Positions 9,304-16,365 of a DNA stretch of 64,000 bases are shown piece by piece. The notes below the pieces were generated by a model. It was given only the letters and a program-made list of their open reading frames with translations, made no database searches and was not told the origin of the DNA. Source of the stretch: an uncultured Actinomycetota bacterium (GTDB taxonomy: Bacteria; Actinomycetota; Thermoleophilia; Gaiellales; Gaiellaceae); contig CAVURE010000009.1 of the NCBI GenBank assembly GCA_963743675.1, positions 644,910 through 708,909 on the forward strand. Direction: 5' to 3'. The stretch's first letter is position 1; the number at the start of each line of letters is the position of its first letter. The translations under genes were made by a program, and so were the position numbers.

Positions 9304-10560
9304 ATGCTGCCGCTCGCTGACGTCCGCGTGATCGCGCTCGAGCAGTTCGGCGCCGGCCCCTGGGGCACGCTTCAGCTCGCGGACCTCGGAGCGGAGGTGA
9401 TCAAGATCGAGGACCCGGCCTCGCGCGGAGATGTGGGACGCTACGTGCCGCCGTTCGCCGAGGGCGAGGACTCGCTCTTCTTCGAGGCGTTCAACCGCAA
9501 CAAGAAGAGCATCTCGCTCGATCTCCGCCGGCCCGAGGCCCGGCCCGTCCTCGAGGATCTGGTGCGGCGGTCGGACGTCGTCTACTCGAACCTGCGAGGC
9601 GACCAGCCGCACAGGCTCGGGCTGACCTACGACCAGCTCAAGGAGGTCAACCCGCGCATCGTCTGCTGCTCGCTCAGCGGGTTCGGGATGACCGGGCCGC
9701 GCGCGGCGGAGGGCGGGTACGACTACATGATGCAGGGGCTCGCCGGGTGGATGACCTTGACCGGCGAGCCGCAAGGGCCGCCCACCAAGAGCGGCCTTTC
9801 GCTCGTCGACCTCTCGGGCGGCTACGTGTCGGCGATCGCCGTTCTCGCGGGCCTCGCCCGGGCGCAGCGCGACGGCGTCGGCTGCGACTGCGACATCTCG
9901 CTCTTCGAGACCGCGCTGCACGAGCTCTGCTACGTCGGTGCCTGGGCGGCATCGCGAGGGTACGTGCCGCCGCGCCGGGCCAACTCGGCCCATCCCTCGA
10001 TCGTGCCGTTCCAGAACTTCGCGACGGCGGACGGCTGGCTCGTGGTCGCCTGCCCGAAGCAGAAGTTCTTCGAGTCGCTCTGCGCCGCGCTCGGGCGCCC
10101 CGAGCTGGCCGGCGACGAGCGCTTCTCCGACTTCGCCGGCCGCGACCGAAACCGGGTCGAGCTGCTCGAGATCCTCGACGCCGCGTTCGCGGAACATACG
10201 ACCGCCGACTGGCTGGCCCGGCTCGCCGCGGCCGGTGTGCCGAGCGCGGCCGTCAACGACGTTCTTGCGGCACTCGAGGATCCGCAGACGGTGGCCCGCG
10301 GCGCCGTCGTCGCCACCGAGCACCCCACCCTCGGCACGGTCCGTCAGGTCGCGAGCCCGCTGCGGCTCGGCGACGAGCAGCCGAACCGGCGGGCGCCTCG
10401 CCGCGGCGAGCACACCGAGTCTGCGCTGTCCGAGGTGTGCGGCTACTCGCCCGAGCGGCTCCGCGCGCTGGCCGAGGCGGGCGTCTTCGGCGACGGGTAC
10501 TCCATCACCGAGGCGACCTCGGCGGAGAGCTCCGCGTCGAAGAGGCGCTCGACCAGGTGA
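9304..10560 (+). CDS. CaiB/BaiF family III CoA-transferase
   Basis: Track ORF 9298..10560: VRVIALEQFGAGPWGTLQLADLGAEVIKIEDP...NRNKKSISLDL. I prefer ATG 9304 to TTG 9298. The last ~118 nt overlap the convergent DJ-1 gene. Confidence 0.85.
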   Translation: MLPLADVRVIALEQFGAGPWGTLQLADLGAEVIKIEDPASRGDVGRYVPPFAEGEDSLFFEAFNRNKKSISLDLRRPEARPVLEDLVRRSDVVYSNLRGDQPHRLGLTYDQLKEVNPRIVCCSLSGFGMTGPRAAEGGYDYMMQGLAGWMTLTGEPQGPPTKSGLSLVDLSGGYVSAIAVLAGLARAQRDGVGCDCDISLFETALHELCYVGAWAASRGYVPPRRANSAHPSIVPFQNFATADGWLVVACPKQKFFESLCAALGRPELAGDERFSDFAGRDRNRVELLEILDAAFAEHTTADWLARLAAAGVPSAAVNDVLAALEDPQTVARGAVVATEHPTLGTVRQVASPLRLGDEQPNRRAPRRGEHTESALSEVCGYSPERLRALAEAGVFGDGYSITEATSAESSASKRRSTR

Positions 10561-11054
10561 AGCCCCACGTCGATCCCGGCGGTGACCCCGCCGCCCGTCA
10601 CGACCGCCCCGTCGTCGACCACGCGCGTCCCTTCGACCACCTCGACCGAGGGGTGCCGCGCCGCGAGCAGCTCGAGCCAGCGGTGATGGGTCGTCGCGCG
10701 GTGCCCGTCGAGGACGCCTGCCTGCGCGAGTAGAAGCGCACCCGTGCAGACCGAGGCGATGAGCGGGGTCTGCCGGCGGGTGGTGAGCCAGGCCACGACC
10801 GGTCGCGCCGATGCCTCGTCGCGCGTTCCCGGCCCGCCGGGCACGACGATCAGGTCGGGCGCGGGCTCGCTCGAGAAGGCGTAATCCGGGACCACTCTCA
10901 GGCCGCCCCGCAGCCGCACGGGCTCGCGGGTGAGCGCGGCCGTGAACAGGTCGATCTCACGTCCGCCGTACTCCCGGGCGAGCGCCAGTGTCTCCCAGGG
11001 GCCGGCGAGGTCGAGCTCCTCCGCGCCGGGGAAGATCGGGAACGCGATCCTCAT
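10443..11054 (-). CDS. DJ-1/PfpI family protein (class I glutamine amidotransferase-like fold)
   Basis: In-frame part of track ORF 10443..11663, from ATG 11054: MRIAFPIFPGAEELDLAGPWE...LIVVPGGPG...IASVCTGALLLAQAGVLDGHRATTHH. ATGA overlap with the upstream hydrolase. Confidence 0.8.
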   Translation of the reverse strand: MRIAFPIFPGAEELDLAGPWETLALAREYGGREIDLFTAALTREPVRLRGGLRVVPDYAFSSEPAPDLIVVPGGPGTRDEASARPVVAWLTTRRQTPLIASVCTGALLLAQAGVLDGHRATTHHRWLELLAARHPSVEVVEGTRVVDDGAVVTGGGVTAGIDVGLHLVERLFDAELSAEVASVMEYPSPKTPASASARSRSGE

Positions 11055-11881
11055 TCCGAGGCCGCGGCTTGCTCGAAGAACCCGGTCACGATCCTGACGG
11101 CATCCTGCGGGCATTCGACGAGGTCGGCGTGGCCGATGTCGGGAAACTCGACCACGCTGATGTTCGGGTTCATCGCCGCCATCCCTCTGGCGCCGAGCCC
11201 GGACGGCGCCAGCTCGGGCGGGCAGAGCACGTCGTGCGTCCCGTTCGTCATCAGCAGGGGCCTCGCGATGGCCGGCACCAGGGGCGACAGGTCCATCCGC
11301 TCCATCGCGAGGCACGCCTGGCGCACCGTGTAGGGGTCGTTCAGGCCGACGATGTCGCGCACGAGCTGGAAGATGTTCTCGCCCTCCGGGCTCTCCATGA
11401 ACCTCGCCCCGACGGCCTGCGTCGTCACGTGATCCGAGAAGTCGTCCCACGCCATCGACTCCGCCATCCGCCGCCAGATCTGGAACAGGGTCCGGCGGTA
11501 GAGATCGGGCTTTGCGAAGGCCACGTCGGCACACGCCGCGATCGTGCGATCGGGGTACGAGGCGGCAACAGCGATCGCGACCATGCCGCCCATCGAGGTG
11601 CCGTGGACGAAGACGCGCTCGAGCCCGACCGCGTCGAGCAGCGCCGCCGCGTCGGTTGCCCAACCCTCGATCGTGTAGGCCTCCCTCGGCTTCGACGACG
11701 CGCCGTATCCCCGCGCGTCGAACGAGAGCAGCCGGAAGCGCTCGCGGAAGCCGTCGTTGACGAGCCCGAAGTTGTGGCGACCGAACAGGCCGCCGCCGAG
11801 CTGGATGATGACGGGGGCATCCTCGGGCCCGGTCAGCTCGTAGTAGAGCCGGATTCCCTCGTCGATCTGCGCGTAGGGCAC
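11051..11881 (-). CDS. alpha/beta-fold hydrolase
   Basis: Track ORF of 276 aa: nucleophile elbow VHGTSMGGMVA, C-terminal PDIGHADLVE. AAGGAGG lies just upstream of GTG 11881. Confidence 0.8.
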   Translation of the reverse strand: MPYAQIDEGIRLYYELTGPEDAPVIIQLGGGLFGRHNFGLVNDGFRERFRLLSFDARGYGASSKPREAYTIEGWATDAAALLDAVGLERVFVHGTSMGGMVAIAVAASYPDRTIAACADVAFAKPDLYRRTLFQIWRRMAESMAWDDFSDHVTTQAVGARFMESPEGENIFQLVRDIVGLNDPYTVRQACLAMERMDLSPLVPAIARPLLMTNGTHDVLCPPELAPSGLGARGMAAMNPNISVVEFPDIGHADLVECPQDAVRIVTGFFEQAAASE

Positions 11882-11884
11882 ACG

Positions 11885-11921
11885 AGCCTCCTTGACAGAG
11901 CGGGAAAGTCTGACTTATAGA
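11885..11921 (+). promoter_or_regulatory. second copy of the promoter/operator element (TTGACA-17-TTATAG with perfect palindrome AAGTCTGACTT)
   Basis: The element reads agcctccTTGACAgagcgggaAAGTCTGACTTatag. The -35 hexamer is 11892-11897, the -10 candidate 11915-11920 and the palindrome 11906-11916. It has the same orientation and architecture as 3254-3290. Confidence 0.45.
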
Positions 11922-11964
11922 GGGTCCCTTGCCAACCTCGCGCCGATGCCGGCCGGCCCGCCGG

Positions 11965-12243
11965 CTAGCCCTGCTTGCCCTTCGCCTTCTTGGTGCCCTC
12001 CGCTATCCCCTTCGGGATGCTCGCACTCGGGCGCGAGTCGGGAGCGCCGCCCATGTCGTGCTTGCTCGGCATCTTGTGCCACGACACGTTGGGCGGGAAC
12101 CACTCGGTCGCGAACATCGAGTAGAGGCGCTTTGCCCCGCGCGTGCCGCATGCGGGGCACGGCGGGGCCGACTTGGCCGAGGCCGAGACGAGCTCCTCGA
12201 AGCGCTCGCCGCACCCCTTGCACCGGTACTCGTAGATCGGCAT
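11965..12243 (-). CDS. FmdB-family zinc-ribbon protein (putative regulatory)
   Basis: This is the C-terminal 92 aa of track ORF 11965..13716, from ATG 12243: MPIYEYRCKGCGERFEELVSASAKSAPPCPACGTRGAKRLYS. It has the canonical FmdB N-terminus and CxxC...CxxC. Confidence 0.8.
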   Translation of the reverse strand: MPIYEYRCKGCGERFEELVSASAKSAPPCPACGTRGAKRLYSMFATEWFPPNVSWHKMPSKHDMGGAPDSRPSASIPKGIAEGTKKAKGKQG

Positions 12244-12430
12244 GGACGCGCAGTCTAGCCGGGTCGAATTGCTGCGGGCCCTCGCCCTGGAGCACGGGGT
12301 CGCGGCCTCGGACGACGATCTCGCCGCGGCGCTCGGCTTCGTCGACCGGATCCTGCCCGAGATCGAGCGGCTCGAAGCGTTGCTCGGCCCGGAGGATGCC
12401 CCCGGCGATCTGGACGGGGAGCGCCCGTGA
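12242..12430 (+). CDS. small GatC/AtzG-like protein, candidate partner subunit of the downstream amidase
   Basis: Track ORF of 62 aa: MDAQSSRVELLRALALEHGVAASDDDLAAALGFVDRILPEIERLEALLGPEDAP. The heptad-like pattern resembles GatC. Its TGA overlaps the amidase GTG (GTGA). The start is uncertain; an internal TTG or GTG is possible. Confidence 0.45.
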   Translation: MDAQSSRVELLRALALEHGVAASDDDLAAALGFVDRILPEIERLEALLGPEDAPGDLDGERP

Positions 12431-13752
12431 GCCTCGCGCCGCTCGTCGCGCGGCTCCGGGCCGGTGAGCTCTCGCCGCGCGAGGCCGTCGAGTGGTACCT
12501 CGAGCGAATCGAGCGGAGGCGCGGCCTGAACGCCTACATCTCGGTCCGCGGCGACGAGGCGCTCAGCGAGGCCGCGGCGCCGCCGCGCCCGCCCCTCTAC
12601 GGGGCGCCGATCGCCGTGAAGGACATGATCGATGTCGCGGGCACGCCCACCACCGCAGCATCGGCGATCCTGCGCGACCGGGTACCGCGCTCCGATGCCG
12701 AGGTGGTCGAGCGGCTGCGAGCGGCCGGGGGAATCGTGCTCGGCAAGCTCAACCTGCACGAGTTCGCCTTCGGCGCGCTGACGACGAGCCCGCACTTCGG
12801 GCCGGCTCGAAACCCGTGGGCGCCCGACCGCATCTGCGGCGGCTCGAGCGGCGGCTCGGGTGCCGCCGCCGCCGCCGACCTGGCCGCCGGCACGCTCGGG
12901 ACGGACACGGCCGGGTCGATCCGGATACCGGCCTGCCTCTGCGGCGTCACCGGCCTGCGGCCCTCGACCGGGCTCGTCTCCGCCCGCGGGGTCGTGCCGG
13001 TCTCCTGGACGTTCGACGTCACCGGCCCGATCGCCCGCACGGCAGAGGATTGCGCCCTCCTGCTCGACGCGATCGCCGGCACGACGACCGACGTCTCGGG
13101 TGGGGTCGCCGGGCTGCGGATCGGCGTCGTCGAGGAACTGTTCGCCCAGGCCGAGCCGGAGATCGCGGCGGCGACGGAGGCGGCGCTCGGCGAGCTCGCC
13201 GGGCTCGGCGCCCGGATCGGGCGGGCCGAGGTGCCGCTCCTCGAGGACACCGGGACGATCCAGCAGCTCGTGATGCTGCCGGAGGCGGCGGCCTTCCATC
13301 TTCCCTGGCTCCGGACGCGGCTCCCCGACTACGGAGCCGATGTCCGGGCGCGGCTCCTCGCCGGCCTCGTCCTCCCGGGCACCGCCTACGTGACGGGCGT
13401 CCGTCTCCGGCGGCGCTACGCCGCCGGCCTGGCCTCGCTGTTCGAGCGCTTCGACCTGCTTGCCGCGCCGCAGATGCCGGTCGTCGCGCCCCGCATCGGC
13501 GAGGAGACGGTGACGGTCCGCGGGCGCGAGCTCCCCTACCGTCTCTCCCTGATCCCGTTCAACTCGCCGTGGAGCCTGGCCGGCCTGCCGGTGGTGAGCG
13601 CTCCGACGGGCTTCGTCGGGGGCCTCCCGGTGGGGATGGCGCTCGTCGGCCCGCGCTTCGGCGAGGAGGTGGTCCTTCGTGCGGCGCACGCCTACCAGGG
13701 GGCGACCGGGTGGCACGAGCGCCGGCCCGAGGCCCGGGAAACGGAGGCATGA
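12427..13752 (+). CDS. amidase-signature family amidase (GatA/AtzE/allophanate hydrolase-like)
   Basis: Track ORF of 441 aa: APIAVKDMIDVAG, GGSSGGSGAAAAA, GTDTAGSIRIPA. Confidence 0.88.
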   Translation: MSLAPLVARLRAGELSPREAVEWYLERIERRRGLNAYISVRGDEALSEAAAPPRPPLYGAPIAVKDMIDVAGTPTTAASAILRDRVPRSDAEVVERLRAAGGIVLGKLNLHEFAFGALTTSPHFGPARNPWAPDRICGGSSGGSGAAAAADLAAGTLGTDTAGSIRIPACLCGVTGLRPSTGLVSARGVVPVSWTFDVTGPIARTAEDCALLLDAIAGTTTDVSGGVAGLRIGVVEELFAQAEPEIAAATEAALGELAGLGARIGRAEVPLLEDTGTIQQLVMLPEAAAFHLPWLRTRLPDYGADVRARLLAGLVLPGTAYVTGVRLRRRYAAGLASLFERFDLLAAPQMPVVAPRIGEETVTVRGRELPYRLSLIPFNSPWSLAGLPVVSAPTGFVGGLPVGMALVGPRFGEEVVLRAAHAYQGATGWHERRPEARETEA

Positions 13753-14231
13753 GAGGCCGGGTGCCGCGCAGGCCGGCGCTGGCCGCTCTCGCGCTCCTCG
13801 CCGCGGCGGCGATCGCGGGCGGCCTCTGGCTCGCCTTGCGCGGCGGCGCCGGCGAGCCGAGCCGGAGCGCGTACCTGGCGGAGGTGTCGTCCGCCTGCCG
13901 GGTCTATGCGCGGCCCCTCTCGCGGATCGGCGCGCCCGCCGAGGTCACCGCCTACGGCGACGTGCTGGCCGCGGTCGGGAAGGTCGTGCCGCTGCTCCGG
14001 AAGCAGGCGGCCGGGATGCAGGCCGTCGATCCACCGGCGAGCCTCCGGCCCGATCTCGACCGGCTCTTCGCGCTCGACCGCCGCTCCGTCGCCGCGCTCG
14101 CGGCGACCAGCGCCGCCGCGCGAAGGCGGGACGCGGGCGGTGTCGTCAGAGGCCTCGGCCGGTTCTCGCAGCTCAGCGGGCAGGTGCATTCACTGGCCGC
14201 CGCGCTCGGTATCCGCTGCACGGCGGGCTGA
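13749..14231 (+). CDS. hypothetical membrane-anchored or secreted protein
   Basis: In-frame tail of track ORF 12492..14231, from ATG 13749 (ATGA overlap with the amidase): MRGRVPRRPALAALALLAAAAIAGGLWLAL... It has an N-terminal hydrophobic anchor. I recognise no family. Confidence 0.55.
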   Translation: MRGRVPRRPALAALALLAAAAIAGGLWLALRGGAGEPSRSAYLAEVSSACRVYARPLSRIGAPAEVTAYGDVLAAVGKVVPLLRKQAAGMQAVDPPASLRPDLDRLFALDRRSVAALAATSAAARRRDAGGVVRGLGRFSQLSGQVHSLAAALGIRCTAG

Positions 14232-14286
14232 TGCGCGCGAGCGTAGAGTTGACCGCGAATCCGTCCACGACGAGGGAGATCCGACA

Positions 14287-15708
14287 ATGTCAGTGCTGAT
14301 CAAGGGCGGCCGCATCGTCACGGCGGCCGACGACTACCTCGGCGACATCTACATCGACAACGGGACAGTCTCGCTGCTCGGCGAGTCCCTCGACGTGACC
14401 GCCGACAAGACGATCGACGCGACCGGAAAGCTCGTCTTCCCCGGCGCCGTCGACCCGCACACGCACCTCGAGATGGCCTTCGGCGGCACCGTCACCTGCG
14501 ACGACTTCACCTCGGGCACGACGTCTGCTGCGTTCGGCGGCACGACGACCCATATCGACTTCTGCATGCAGGCGCCCGGCACGTCGTTCGCCCAGTCGCT
14601 CGAGAACTACTTCGAGAAGATCGAGCGGTGCAAGCCGCTGATCGACGTCGGCTTCCACATCGGCGTCACCGACCTCCACGAGGGCGGCAGCCTGAAGGAG
14701 CTCGCGACGCTGCCCGACCAGGGCGTCACCTCCTACAAGCTGTTCATGGCCTACAAGGGCGCCGTCATGGTCGACGACGACACCCTCTTCCGCACGATGC
14801 AGACGGCAAACCAGACGGGCGCGCTCGTCATGGTCCACGCCGAGAACGGCGACGCGATCGACATCCTCGTCAAGGAGGCCATCGCCGCAGGCCACACCGA
14901 GCCGATCTGGCATGCACGGACGCGGCCTCCGGAGACCGAGGGCGAGGCAACCAACCGCGCGGTGCAGCTCGCGCGCGTCGCCGGCGCGCCGCTGTACGTC
15001 GTGCACGTCTCGTGCAAGGAGTCGATCGAGCCGATCGAGATCGCGCGTGAGAAGGGATGGAACGTCACGGGCGAGACCTGCACGCAGTATCTGTTCGTCG
15101 ACGATTCGGCACTCGAGCGGCCCGACTTCGAGGGCGGCAAGTACGTCTACACGCCGCCGCCGCGAGCCAAGGACAACCAGGAGCTCCTCTGGAAGGCGCT
15201 TGCCGGCGACGTCCTCTCGGTGGTCTCCACCGACCATTGCCCGTTCAACTGGCCGGAGCAGAAGGGGCTCGGGCGGGACGACTTCTCGAAGATCCCGAAC
15301 GGCGGGCCCGGAATCGAGAACCGGCTCCACATGCTCTACACCTTCGGTGTCGGGACCGGCCGCATCTCGCTGAATCGCTTCGTCGAGCTCGTCTCGACGA
15401 ACCCGGCCAAGCACTTCGGCCTCTACCCGCGCAAGGGCACGATCGCGCCCGGGTCGGACGCGGACATCGTGATCTGGGATCCCGGGAAGAAGTTGACCAT
15501 CTCGGCCAAGACCCATCACTCGAACGTCAACTACAACCTGTTCGAGGGGACGGAGGTCACCGGCGCCCCCGAGGCTGTTCTCGTCCGCGGCCAGGTGATC
15601 GTCGAGAACGACGAGCTCGTCGCCTCGCCGGGCGCAGGCCGGTTCGTCAAGCGAGCCCGTTCAGGTGAGGAGCTCCTACCCTCCGGCCGGGAGGCCGTGC
15701 TCGCATGA
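14287..15708 (+). CDS. dihydropyrimidinase / D-hydantoinase (cyclic amidohydrolase)
   Basis: In-frame part of track ORF 13906..15708, from ATG 14287: MSVLIKGGRIVTAADDY...FPGAVDPHTHLEM...TSYKLFMAYKG...VHAENGD...STDHCPF. About 473 aa. Confidence 0.88.
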   Translation: MSVLIKGGRIVTAADDYLGDIYIDNGTVSLLGESLDVTADKTIDATGKLVFPGAVDPHTHLEMAFGGTVTCDDFTSGTTSAAFGGTTTHIDFCMQAPGTSFAQSLENYFEKIERCKPLIDVGFHIGVTDLHEGGSLKELATLPDQGVTSYKLFMAYKGAVMVDDDTLFRTMQTANQTGALVMVHAENGDAIDILVKEAIAAGHTEPIWHARTRPPETEGEATNRAVQLARVAGAPLYVVHVSCKESIEPIEIAREKGWNVTGETCTQYLFVDDSALERPDFEGGKYVYTPPPRAKDNQELLWKALAGDVLSVVSTDHCPFNWPEQKGLGRDDFSKIPNGGPGIENRLHMLYTFGVGTGRISLNRFVELVSTNPAKHFGLYPRKGTIAPGSDADIVIWDPGKKLTISAKTHHSNVNYNLFEGTEVTGAPEAVLVRGQVIVENDELVASPGAGRFVKRARSGEELLPSGREAVLA

Positions 15709-16358
15709 CCGACGACGAGGCTCGGGAGGTCTACGCTCGCGCCCGGCTGGGTGAGCCAGTCACGCTCGGTACGCGCCCGGCCGTGCTCGTGGTCGACTTC
15801 AGCTGCGGGTTCACCGACCCGGAGTGCGGGCTCGGGTCAGACCTGACCGCCGAGGTCGAGGCGACGAGGCGGCTCCTCGGTGTCGCCCGCGGGAAGGGCC
15901 TGCTCGTCGTCTTCACGACGATCGGGTACGAGCCCGGCTTGAAGGACGGCGGGCTGTGGCTGCAGAAGGTCCCCGCGCTCGGCGACCTGCAGGTCGGCGG
16001 GCGCTGGGTGGAGATCGATCCGCGGCTCGAGCCGGCCGGGGACGAGCCGGTGGTGCTCAAGAAGGGCGCCTCGGCGTTCTTCGGCACGAATCTCGCGTCG
16101 ATCCTCGTCACCCAGGGCGTCGACTCGGTCGTCCTCTGCGGCGCGACCACGAGCGGCTGCATCCGCGCGACCGCGGTCGACCTCCTGCAGTACGGCTGGC
16201 CGACGCTCGTTCCGCGCGAGTGCGTGGGCGACCGGGCGCGCGCACCGCACGAGGCGAACCTGTTCGACATCCAGGCGAAGTACGCGGACGTGGTATCCGT
16301 CGAGGAGGCGGCGGCATATCTGGAGAGCGTTCCGGGCCGCGTGGGCGCCGGGGTGTGA
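15705..16358 (+). CDS. isochorismatase-family cysteine hydrolase (N-carbamoylsarcosine amidase / biuret hydrolase-like)
   Basis: Track ORF of 217 aa. Candidate D-K-C triad: VLVVDFSCGF, LKKGASAFFGT, LCGATTSGCIRAT. ATGA overlap with the dihydropyrimidinase. Confidence 0.8.
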   Translation: MTDDEAREVYARARLGEPVTLGTRPAVLVVDFSCGFTDPECGLGSDLTAEVEATRRLLGVARGKGLLVVFTTIGYEPGLKDGGLWLQKVPALGDLQVGGRWVEIDPRLEPAGDEPVVLKKGASAFFGTNLASILVTQGVDSVVLCGATTSGCIRATAVDLLQYGWPTLVPRECVGDRARAPHEANLFDIQAKYADVVSVEEAAAYLESVPGRVGAGV

Positions 16359-16365
16359 GCGACCG

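Noticed and set aside
10443-10560. The 118-nt convergent overlap of the CaiB-like and DJ-1-like genes, considered as a possible hidden frameshift at one of the 3' ends.
   Set aside because: Neither alternative frame of either gene offers an earlier stop or a more family-like C-terminus. I could not support a frameshift, so both ends are left as in the track.
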